Shown in pieces: positions 21,082-28,827 of a stretch of 64,000 nucleotides of DNA. The notes beneath the pieces were generated by a model, which saw only the letters and a program-made list of their open reading frames with translations, made no database searches and had not been told where the DNA came from. Position 1 is the stretch's first letter; each line of letters begins with the position of its first letter. Origin of the DNA: an uncultured Alphaproteobacteria bacterium (lineage in GTDB: Bacteria > Pseudomonadota > Alphaproteobacteria > HIMB59 > GCA-002718135). The stretch is taken from contig CABXIT010000001.1 of the NCBI GenBank assembly GCA_902512325.1, positions 8,207-72,206 on the forward strand, written 5' to 3'. Made by a program: the position numbers and the translations under genes.

Positions 21082-22375
21082 AAGAAAGAGGGATAAGAAA
21101 GTTCTTTCGAAAGAAGAAATCTCTCTTTTTGTAAAAGGTTTAACAGACGGGTCTTTTTCAGATTCACAAGTTGCCGCAATGAGCATGGCTATTTTTTTAA
21201 ATGGCATGATACCAGAAGAAACGGTTAATTTAACCGAAGCAATGATAACTTCGGGAGAGACGATTAATTGGGCAGGTGTCGTTGATACAGATTTAGTATG
21301 TGATAAGCATTCTACTGGTGGTGTTGGAGATAAAACCAGCATTATCCTTGCACCTATTTTAGCAGCATGCGGATTATTTGTTCCAATGATTTCAGGAAGG
21401 GGTCTTGGTCACACAGGTGGAACTTTAGATAAATTTGATTCTATACCAGGTTACAATACACAGCCTGATCTAGATACATTTAAGAAAGTAGTGAAAGAAG
21501 TTGGCTGTACGATTATAGGACAAACCGCAAACTTAGCGCCCGCAGATAAAAAATTATATTCAATCAGAGATATTGTTGGCACTGTAGAATCTTTGCCGTT
21601 AATTACATCATCTATTTTATCAAAAAAAATTGCATCAGGCTTAAGGACATTGGTATTGGATGTTAAAGTTGGTAATGGTTCATTTAATAGCACTATAGAT
21701 ATAGCAAGAGATTTATCACATTCTCTTGTAAGAGTAGCACAAGGAGCAGGTTTACAATGTGAGGCTATTATAACTGATATGAATCAAGTTTTAGGAAAAA
21801 GCGCAGGTCATATTTTAGAGATATCAGAGTGTATTAATTTTCTAAAAAACCAAGAAAAAGAAAAAAGACTTGAAAAAATAACGTATGAATTAATAGCTTC
21901 AATTTTAATGATGTCACAAAAGCTCTCAAAAGAAGCTGCTCTTGAAAAAATTAATAGCGTGATGTCAAACGGTCAAGCAGCAGAAAAATTTGAAAAAATG
22001 GTTCACGCTTTAGGAGGTCCTTCTGATATTTTATCTTCACACGAAAAACACTTAAGGATTAACGCTATAAAGACAGATATTTTTTCAACAAAATCTGGCT
22101 GGGTAGAGAAAATTAAAACAAGAGATCTAGGATTGATTCTTATTGAGTTAGGTGGAGGAAGAAAACAAGCTACGGATAAAATTAATTTTAATGTAGGTTA
22201 CAGTAATGTTTTACGAGTTGGTGATAAAGTTGATCCAAGCTTACCTCTTTTAAGTGTTTATACAAAATCAGAAGATGATTATGAAAATGTTAGAAAAAAA
22301 ATACAGGACTGTTTTATCATAACTGATTCTGAAGTATCTGAACTTCCTTATACCTACGAAGTAATAAACCAATGA
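21059..22375 (+). CDS. deoA: Thymidine/pyrimidine-nucleoside phosphorylase
   Basis: 438 aa. Motifs PQEIIRRKRD, DKHSTGGVGDK and SGRGLGHTGGTLDK. Confidence 0.95.
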   Translation: MIPQEIIRRKRDKKVLSKEEISLFVKGLTDGSFSDSQVAAMSMAIFLNGMIPEETVNLTEAMITSGETINWAGVVDTDLVCDKHSTGGVGDKTSIILAPILAACGLFVPMISGRGLGHTGGTLDKFDSIPGYNTQPDLDTFKKVVKEVGCTIIGQTANLAPADKKLYSIRDIVGTVESLPLITSSILSKKIASGLRTLVLDVKVGNGSFNSTIDIARDLSHSLVRVAQGAGLQCEAIITDMNQVLGKSAGHILEISECINFLKNQEKEKRLEKITYELIASILMMSQKLSKEAALEKINSVMSNGQAAEKFEKMVHALGGPSDILSSHEKHLRINAIKTDIFSTKSGWVEKIKTRDLGLILIELGGGRKQATDKINFNVGYSNVLRVGDKVDPSLPLLSVYTKSEDDYENVRKKIQDCFIITDSEVSELPYTYEVINQ

Positions 22376-23028
22376 GCACACAACTAGAAATTAATGAAAA
22401 TCTCATAAAATATCTACAAGATGTAGGGTACCGAAAAGATGCTATTGTAGATGAGTTAGAGAAAGAAACTAAAGCACTAGGCAATGTTGCTAAAATGCAA
22501 ATTGCTAAAGAGCAAGGTCAATTTTTAGAAATCATTGTTAAGACATCGAAAGCAAAATCATGTTTAGAGATTGGAAGATTTACAGGTTTAAGTACATTGT
22601 ATATGGCGCGTGGACTACCCTCTGACGGTAAAATATTTACTGTCGATAATTCGGATGAATTTTTACAATTAGCTCAAAAATATTGGGAAAAGGACGGACT
22701 TACTTCTAAAATTAAATCTATTATTGGATCAGGCACCGATGTGATGCAAAGCTTGATTGATCGTCAGCATTCATTTGATTTAATTTTTATTGATGCTGAT
22801 AAAAATAATTATCCTAATTATTATGAGCTATCTTTAAGTCTTCTTCCTCCAAATGGGATCATAATTATTGATAACATGTTGTGGCACGGTGATGTCGCTG
22901 ATACTTCTATAAATGATTCACAAACGAAAACTATTCGTGATCTAAATAAAAAAATTAACAGTGATGACAGAATAGAATTTTCTTTATTACCATTATCAGA
23001 TGGTCTTTCATTTATTCGCAAAAAATAA
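22372..23028 (+). CDS. Class I SAM-dependent O-methyltransferase (caffeoyl-CoA OMT-like, family 3)
   Basis: 218 aa. Motifs LEIG.FTG.S and FDLIFIDADK.NY. It overlaps the deoA stop by 4 nt. Confidence 0.85.
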   Translation: MSTQLEINENLIKYLQDVGYRKDAIVDELEKETKALGNVAKMQIAKEQGQFLEIIVKTSKAKSCLEIGRFTGLSTLYMARGLPSDGKIFTVDNSDEFLQLAQKYWEKDGLTSKIKSIIGSGTDVMQSLIDRQHSFDLIFIDADKNNYPNYYELSLSLLPPNGIIIIDNMLWHGDVADTSINDSQTKTIRDLNKKINSDDRIEFSLLPLSDGLSFIRKK

Positions 23029-23035
23029 ATTTATA

Positions 23036-23064
23036 CTTGAAATTTTTTTTATAATACCCATATT
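23036..23064 (+). promoter_or_regulatory. Sigma-32 (RpoH)-type heat-shock promoter
   Basis: CTTGAAA at 23036-23042, and aCCCATAT at 23056-23063 (a 7/8 match to CCCCATNT). CTTGAAA is followed by a 13-nt spacer before this box. The site lies about 60 nt upstream of the Hsp20 ATG. Confidence 0.55.
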
Positions 23065-23100
23065 TTATTTGTTGGTATGCCATTGTGGGTGCTGACATTT

Positions 23101-23120
23101 AACTTGCTTAATAAGGAGTT
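23101..23120 (+). promoter_or_regulatory. ROSE-like RNA thermometer hairpin occluding the Shine-Dalgarno sequence
   Basis: 5'-AACUUGCUU-AAU-AAGGAGUU-3'. The UUGCU segment pairs with the AAGGAG SD (23113-23118), leaving G23106 bulged. The ATG is at 23124. Confidence 0.45.
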
Positions 23121-23123
23121 TTT

Positions 23124-23561
23124 ATGACAAGAAACCTATCCGTATGGAATTCGCTTAGACCATTTTCAGTTGGATTTGACTCAATTTTTGAAGAATTTGA
23201 TAGAATGCTAGAGTCAACTGAGCGGCACAATTCAAATTATCCACCCTATAATATTCACAGAATAAATGAGAATAATTATAAAATTGAAGTAGCATTAGCG
23301 GGGTATTCTAAAGATGATATTGAATTAGAGCTTAAAGAAAATAATCTTACTGTTCGCAACAGACAAAAAGAGAAAGTTGTGAATGAAGAAGGAAATGGCG
23401 TTATTCACAAGGGAATTTCAACCAGACAATTTGAAAGATCATTTACTATCTCAGAAGATATAAAAGTGAAGAATGCTGAATTGTTGAATGGTCTGTTAAA
23501 TATTGATTTAGAGCGCATCATACCTGAGGAAAAAAAGGCTCGGTTAATAGAAATTAAATAA
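23124..23561 (+). CDS. Small heat-shock protein (Hsp20/alpha-crystallin, IbpA-like)
   Basis: 145 aa. Motifs PPYNI, EVALAG.SKDDIE, F.R.F.L and the C-terminal I.I motif. Confidence 0.9.
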   Translation: MTRNLSVWNSLRPFSVGFDSIFEEFDRMLESTERHNSNYPPYNIHRINENNYKIEVALAGYSKDDIELELKENNLTVRNRQKEKVVNEEGNGVIHKGISTRQFERSFTISEDIKVKNAELLNGLLNIDLERIIPEEKKARLIEIK

Positions 23562-23595
23562 TTTAGAAGTATTATAAATATATTTAATAAGGATA

Positions 23596-23625
23596 GGGGC
23601 CCAATGTGGCCCCATTTTTATTTTA
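23596..23625 (+). terminator. Rho-independent terminator of the Hsp20 gene
   Basis: GGGGCC-CAATGT-GGCCCC stem-loop followed by ATTTTTATTTT. Confidence 0.7.
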
Positions 23626-23660
23626 TTGGAAAATGATAAAAGCTAAACTATAATTAATTA

Positions 23661-24365
23661 ATGAAGTTAATTGTAATTATTATCTTTTTATTTAGTTCTC
23701 ATCTATTTGCCCATCAGCCAAAGTTAATTAATTATTCACCCTCAATTGATAATCCTCATCAAGTTATAGATCCAGAAATATCCAAAGCATATTATGGTAA
23801 GCTTAATGGTGAACCGCACTATTATATAATTAATAGTGAAGAAGAATTTTTATTTTATACTGGAATTTTAAGCCCTAAAGTTGATGATGATTACTTATGG
23901 TTATCGATTGCTGTGTATTCGATAAATAAAAAAAATAATAAAATTTTAAAATTTTTTGCTGACGGTCAGAATTTTGAATGGGAAGCTTGGTATGAACCAT
24001 ATGCTAGAGATTGGTATTGGAAAGGCCCTGAAATAGGAGCTGACGTAAATGAAGATACAGGTTTTAAAAGAAGTTTTAATTTGAATGCAGGCTCTTACTT
24101 AATACAAATTTTTAATCAGAATAATGTAGGCCATTATTCTCTTGCTGTAGGAGAAGCTGAATTTTTTGGATCTAATTTATGGGAGCAAATTTTAACATGG
24201 ACGCCTATCCTTTTATATATTGGCCCTGTTATGGATATAGCGCATTGGCAAAAATTTGATATTCGCGCTTATATTCCACATATAGCTCTAGTGGTTATAA
24301 TATTCCTAATTTATTTTATTTTTAAAAAAATATTTTTTAGAAAAAAATATAGAATGTTCTCATGA
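23661..24365 (+). CDS. Hypothetical exported protein with a C-terminal membrane anchor
   Basis: 234 aa. Signal peptide ending LFA|HQPK, so the mature N-terminus is predicted to be His. A soluble domain is followed by TM segments. It overlaps the HupE start by 4 nt. Confidence 0.5.
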   Translation: MKLIVIIIFLFSSHLFAHQPKLINYSPSIDNPHQVIDPEISKAYYGKLNGEPHYYIINSEEEFLFYTGILSPKVDDDYLWLSIAVYSINKKNNKILKFFADGQNFEWEAWYEPYARDWYWKGPEIGADVNEDTGFKRSFNLNAGSYLIQIFNQNNVGHYSLAVGEAEFFGSNLWEQILTWTPILLYIGPVMDIAHWQKFDIRAYIPHIALVVIIFLIYFIFKKIFFRKKYRMFS

Positions 24366-24964
24366 CATTAAATATAGTTATATTATTTTCATCAATATTA
24401 TTTTTTACTTTTCCTGTTTCAGCACATACGTTTACCGGAATGATTGGTTTTTACGATGGTCTTTCTCATCCAGTTTTGGGGATAGATCATTTTTTGGCAA
24501 TGGTTAGTGTAGGTATTGTAAGCGCCCAAATAGGAGGAAGAGCAATTTGGACAATTCCTGCAACTTTTGTTTTAATGATGATTTTTGGTGGAGCCATTGG
24601 CATGTTAGTTGAAGTTTTCTTTTTTGATTTAGAAGAATTAACATTTATAGTTGTTGAATATGGGATAGTTTTTTCAGTTATATTATTAGGTTTAGCAATT
24701 GCTATAGAAAAAAAAATATCAATTAATATTATAATGATTTTCATTTGTATTTTTGGCCTGTGTCATGGACTAGCTCACGGAATGGAGATGCCATGGGCGG
24801 CTAATCCAATATTATTTGCACTTGGCTTTGCTTCCGGAACAGCGACGTTACATTTATTTGGTGTGGGCATTGGAAGTCTAGCTATTAAGACCAAATTTTC
24901 ATCGATTGTTTTAAGAATTGTTGGATTCGGATGTGCGCTGTTCGGTTTTTCTTTATTAATTTAA
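24362..24964 (+). CDS. hupE: HupE/UreJ-family metal (Ni/Co) transporter
   Basis: 200 aa. Signal peptide ending VSA|HTFTG, plus the conserved HP..G.DH and GL.HG..HG motifs. Confidence 0.85.
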   Translation: MTLNIVILFSSILFFTFPVSAHTFTGMIGFYDGLSHPVLGIDHFLAMVSVGIVSAQIGGRAIWTIPATFVLMMIFGGAIGMLVEVFFFDLEELTFIVVEYGIVFSVILLGLAIAIEKKISINIIMIFICIFGLCHGLAHGMEMPWAANPILFALGFASGTATLHLFGVGIGSLAIKTKFSSIVLRIVGFGCALFGFSLLI

Positions 24965-24965
24965 A

Positions 24966-24980
24966 TTAGAATAATTCTAA
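24966..24980. promoter_or_regulatory. ICE-like (Irr-box-like) palindrome TTAGAA-N3-TTCTAA
   Basis: Perfect inverted repeat TTAGAAtaaTTCTAA. It matches 16/17 positions of the alphaproteobacterial iron control element TTTAGAAnnnTTCTAAA, and lies about 160 nt upstream of the iron-binding-protein gene. Confidence 0.35.
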
Positions 24981-25080
24981 AAAAGTATGTTTTTTAGCAA
25001 TTACTGTGATTTTCTAAATTAAATATTAAATTACTATTTTTTAAGAATATTTATTCATAAGATTCTCAATAAGAGAACAA

Positions 25081-25113
25081 GAGGGTTGATGATGTTAGGT
25101 ATCATTAACCCTC
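25081..25113 (+). promoter_or_regulatory. Strong leader stem-loop upstream of the iron-binding-protein gene
   Basis: GAGGGTTGATGAT / ATCATTAACCCTC: 13 pairs including one G-U, with a 7-nt loop. It ends 27 nt before the ATG at 25141 and has no U-tract. Confidence 0.4.
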
Positions 25114-25140
25114 CAACAACATATAATTGAAAGTTTAATT

Positions 25141-26163
25141 ATGAAAAACTATTTTCTCAAACTCTTAGCAATTTTTTGTTTTATTTTTTGTTTTACTGAG
25201 ACTGTTTATGCAAAAAGTGAAGTAAATGTATATTCTTACAGACAACCAATACTTATAGACCCTTTTTTTGATGAGTTTACAAAAACCACTGGAATAAAAG
25301 TAAATGTTCTTCATGCTAAAAAAGGTCTTTTAGAAAGGGTAATTTCAGAAGGAGCTAATACGCCTGCAGATTTGGTTTTGACAGTAGATATTGCTAGATT
25401 GAGTCAATTTGTTCAAAAAGATTTATTAATGGAAGTGAGTTCTGATATTCTAAATAAAAATATTCCTTCACATCTTAGAGATAGTAACAATAAATGGTTT
25501 GCACTATCAAAGAGAGCAAGGATATTAGCAGTATCAAAAGACAGAGTTTCTAATAATTCTATTAAGAATATAGAAGACCTCGCTGATCCAAAATGGAGAG
25601 GAAAAATATGTACAAGACCTGGCAGTCATGACTACAACAGATCTTTATTAGCATCAATTATCGCTGCTAATGGAGAACAAAAAGCAGAAGAATGGGCATC
25701 GAATTTAGTTTTAAACTTAGCAAGAAAACCAGAAGGAAATGACAGAGCACAAGCTAAGGCAGTCCATGAAGGCGTTTGTGACATTGCTGTGATGAATACT
25801 TATTATTTTGGTAAGATGAAATTTAATGAAAAGAATCCAGAACAAAAAGAATGGGCAAAATCCATTAACTTAATATTTACTAATCAAGATAACAGAGGAA
25901 ATCATATAAACGTTGCAGGTGGTGGTGTTGTAAAATATTCAAAAAATAAGGATAATGCTATAGCTCTACTTGAGTTTTTAACTCAGCCAGAGGCACAAGT
26001 ATTATACTCAAAAATGAATTATGAATATCCAGTAAATCCAAACGTTGAACCCTCTGAAGAGCTAAGCTCCTGGGGAGTTTTTAAAGAGGACCAATTGCCC
26101 GTTGAGCGACTTGCAGAACTTGCACCTACTGCACAAAAAATTATTGATAGAGTTGGTTGGTAG
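25141..26163 (+). CDS. Fe(3+) ABC transporter substrate-binding protein (FbpA/AfuA/SfuA family)
   Basis: 340 aa. Signal peptide, VNVYSYRQP, and family-typical Tyr/His positions. An iron-type fused permease follows. Confidence 0.9.
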   Translation: MKNYFLKLLAIFCFIFCFTETVYAKSEVNVYSYRQPILIDPFFDEFTKTTGIKVNVLHAKKGLLERVISEGANTPADLVLTVDIARLSQFVQKDLLMEVSSDILNKNIPSHLRDSNNKWFALSKRARILAVSKDRVSNNSIKNIEDLADPKWRGKICTRPGSHDYNRSLLASIIAANGEQKAEEWASNLVLNLARKPEGNDRAQAKAVHEGVCDIAVMNTYYFGKMKFNEKNPEQKEWAKSINLIFTNQDNRGNHINVAGGGVVKYSKNKDNAIALLEFLTQPEAQVLYSKMNYEYPVNPNVEPSEELSSWGVFKEDQLPVERLAELAPTAQKIIDRVGW

Positions 26164-27785
26164 CCTATAAGGGCTTTATCGTGTCTAGTTGGAATATTTG
26201 GTCAGTACCGGTTGGAATTATATCTTTAGTTATAATTTCTCCAGTACTGGCTATTTTTTATTCAGCCCTTTTAGGAGATACAACTTTATGGCCACATCTT
26301 TTTTCAACAGTCTTACCAAGATATCTCCTCAACACTTTATTATTAATGTTAGGTGTTGGAAGTTTAAGTTTGCTCTTTGGTATATCTACTGCATGGCTGG
26401 TATCCAGATATGAATTTCCAGGAAGATCTATTTTTGAATGGGCCCTTTTATTACCTGCTGCAGTCCCAGCTTATATCATTGCTTATACTTATACGGATCT
26501 CTTAGAATATGCCGGTCCTGTGCAAGGTTATTTAAGAGAAATTTTTAATTGGCAAAATTCACAAGATTATTGGTTTCCTAATATAAGATCATTGGAAGGT
26601 GCTATCTTAGTTATGTCATCAGTGCTGTATCCATACGTTTATTTATTAACTCGGGCATCATTCATGACTCTTCCTATTTCATATTTTCAAACAAGTGCAA
26701 TTTATGGTCGAAAACCTTTTTTTGCTGTTGCGCTTCCATTGGCAAGACCAGCAATAATTGCTGGTTTGGCTTTAGTTTTGATGGAAACAATTTCTGATTT
26801 TGGCACTGTAGATTATTTTGCAATAGAAACTTTAACACTAGGTGTTTTTAATGTGTGGCTCGGAATGAACAGCTTATCTGGTGCAGCTCAAATATCTTCA
26901 ATATTATTTTTTATAGTAGTAATACTTCTAACGTTAGAATTAATAGCAAGGCGAAATCAGAGATTTTATGAAAAACATAGCAGACAAGAATCAATAGATT
27001 TAGAAGAGATTTCAAATTTTAAAAAAATATTATTTTTTATAACCTGTTTAATTCCATTGATACTTGGTTTTGTTATTCCAGTATCTGTTTTATTAAACTT
27101 TGTTTTAAAGGGTTATGCTGTTGTTAATATAAGTGAAGTTGTAGATACGGCTATTACAAGCATCTCTATTTCATTTGTTGCATCTACAACAATCATGCTT
27201 TTATCTTTTCTTATGGTAGTTGTTGCAACATATAAATCTAACACTTTTCAGAAATCACTAATTTTTTTAGCATCTTGTGGATATGCATTTCCTGGTACAA
27301 TTTTAGCGGTTGGAGTTGTTGTTTTTGTAGGATGGTTAAATGATATATTTTATTTTCACATGAGTTATTTTATTGGGGGTTTTTTGGTATTAATTTTTGC
27401 TTATACATTAAGGTTTTTAGCTATTGGCAATGGATCAATAAGATCAGGTATTACAAGAATTAACCCAAATCTTATTGACGCTTCGAGAACAATGGGCAGA
27501 AGTTTTTTAACAACAATGAAAAAAGTTATATTACCCCTTACGTACACAAATATATTGGTTGGGGGAATTTTAGTTTTTGTAGATATTTTAAAAGAACTTC
27601 CAATTACTCTTTTATTAAGACCTTTTAATTTTGAAACCCTTGCAACATATGTCTATCAATATGCATCAGATGAAATGTTAGAAGAGTCATCATTTGCAGC
27701 TCTAATAATTGTATTAGCGGGTCTTGGTCCTGTTATTTTTTTAAGTAGAACAATAAAAAAATATTCTAGAAAACAAATTAATTAG
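26157..27785 (+). CDS. Fe(3+) ABC transporter permease (fused double permease, FbpB/SfuB type)
   Basis: 542 aa with two MetI-like halves. The start is ambiguous (TTG 26157 or GTG 26181). Confidence 0.9.
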   Translation: MVAYKGFIVSSWNIWSVPVGIISLVIISPVLAIFYSALLGDTTLWPHLFSTVLPRYLLNTLLLMLGVGSLSLLFGISTAWLVSRYEFPGRSIFEWALLLPAAVPAYIIAYTYTDLLEYAGPVQGYLREIFNWQNSQDYWFPNIRSLEGAILVMSSVLYPYVYLLTRASFMTLPISYFQTSAIYGRKPFFAVALPLARPAIIAGLALVLMETISDFGTVDYFAIETLTLGVFNVWLGMNSLSGAAQISSILFFIVVILLTLELIARRNQRFYEKHSRQESIDLEEISNFKKILFFITCLIPLILGFVIPVSVLLNFVLKGYAVVNISEVVDTAITSISISFVASTTIMLLSFLMVVVATYKSNTFQKSLIFLASCGYAFPGTILAVGVVVFVGWLNDIFYFHMSYFIGGFLVLIFAYTLRFLAIGNGSIRSGITRINPNLIDASRTMGRSFLTTMKKVILPLTYTNILVGGILVFVDILKELPITLLLRPFNFETLATYVYQYASDEMLEESSFAALIIVLAGLGPVIFLSRTIKKYSRKQIN

Positions 27786-28827
27786 CAGGAAAAATAAAAG
27801 CCTGTTCTTTATCTATCTCTATGCCTACTGCACTGGATTGATTGGGTAAAAAATTTGGCGGCATGTGACTATGAACGTGAACAATTTTATTATCATTATT
27901 TAATACTGATAAATGAACAAAACTATAACCGCCCATTAGTTTTGACGCCATCACCGTTCCTTTAATTCCATTAACAGGAGTTTGTTCTTGATTTAATTTA
28001 ACTGCTTCAGGCCTAATGTATACATTTACATTTATAGACTCTAGGCTGTCATCAACTTTAAACTTTCCAATAGGCGTTTCAACCGTTTTATTTTTTACTA
28101 TTCCACTAAATTTATTTGTTTCTCCAAAAAAATTTGCAACATATGATGAGTTTGGAAGATTATATAATTCTTTTGGAGATCCAGATTGTACTATCTTGCC
28201 TTCTTTATTCATAATATAAATTTTATTAGAAATAAACATAGCTTCAAACGGATCATGGGTAACAACTAAAACTGAAATATTAGACTTTTGAAGTAGGTGT
28301 AAAGTATCATCCCTAACTTCTTCTCTTAAATTTAAATCTAGACTTGAAAAGGGTTCATCAAGTAACAAAATATCTGGTTTTGCAATAATTGAACGTGCCA
28401 AAGCTACTCTTTGTTGTTCACCACCACTTAATTCGTGTGGATATTTATTTAAAGAATCCGATAGTTTAATTACATCTAGTATTTCTTTGATTGTGTGTGA
28501 AGTAGATTTATTTTTGATAGCAAATTGCAAGTTTTCCTTAACTGTTTGGTGTGGAAACAAAGCATAGTCTTGAAATAAAAAACCTATTTTTCTTTTTTCT
28601 GTTTTTAAATGAACATCATTTGAACTTACTAGATTGTCATTTAAAAAAATTTCTCCATCTTGGACATGCGATAAACCTGCAATGAGTTTTAATAAAGTTG
28701 TTTTTCCACACCCTGAAGGGCCAAGAATGCAGGCAATAGAATCTTTTTTTAATTCAAAATTAATATCATTTAAAATTGGTTTATTATTAATTTTGTGACT
28801 GAGGTTTTTTATACTTACGGCCAACAT
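27778..28827 (-). CDS. ABC transporter ATP-binding protein (FbpC/PotA-like, with a C-terminal TOBE-type domain)
   Basis: 349 aa. Walker A GPSGCGKTT, signature LSGGEQQR, Walker B LLLDEP. Its 3' end overlaps the 3' end of the permease gene by 8 nt on the opposite strand. Confidence 0.85.
   Translation of the reverse strand: MLAVSIKNLSHKINNKPILNDINFELKKDSIACILGPSGCGKTTLLKLIAGLSHVQDGEIFLNDNLVSSNDVHLKTEKRKIGFLFQDYALFPHQTVKENLQFAIKNKSTSHTIKEILDVIKLSDSLNKYPHELSGGEQQRVALARSIIAKPDILLLDEPFSSLDLNLREEVRDDTLHLLQKSNISVLVVTHDPFEAMFISNKIYIMNKEGKIVQSGSPKELYNLPNSSYVANFFGETNKFSGIVKNKTVETPIGKFKVDDSLESINVNVYIRPEAVKLNQEQTPVNGIKGTVMASKLMGGYSFVHLSVLNNDNKIVHVHSHMPPNFLPNQSSAVGIEIDKEQAFIFPAN

Noticed and set aside
20941-21693. 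ORFs 20941..21342(-) and 21451..21693(-), antisense to the PNP gene and deoA
   Set aside because: They are fully nested in two genes with textbook motifs and have no independent support.
25044-25066. Possible Fur box (AGAATATTTATTCATAAGATTCT) upstream of the iron-binding-protein gene
   Set aside because: Only the outer AGAAT/ATTCT arms are complementary. The match to the GATAATGATAATCATTATC consensus is poor and within what AT-rich sequence yields by chance. The ICE-like palindrome at 24966 is the better candidate.
26189-26413. 74-aa plus-strand ORF overlapping the 5' end of the iron permease gene in another frame
   Set aside because: It is out of frame within the 542-aa permease, which reads through as typical TM helices. 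The translation of the alternative frame is not protein-like.
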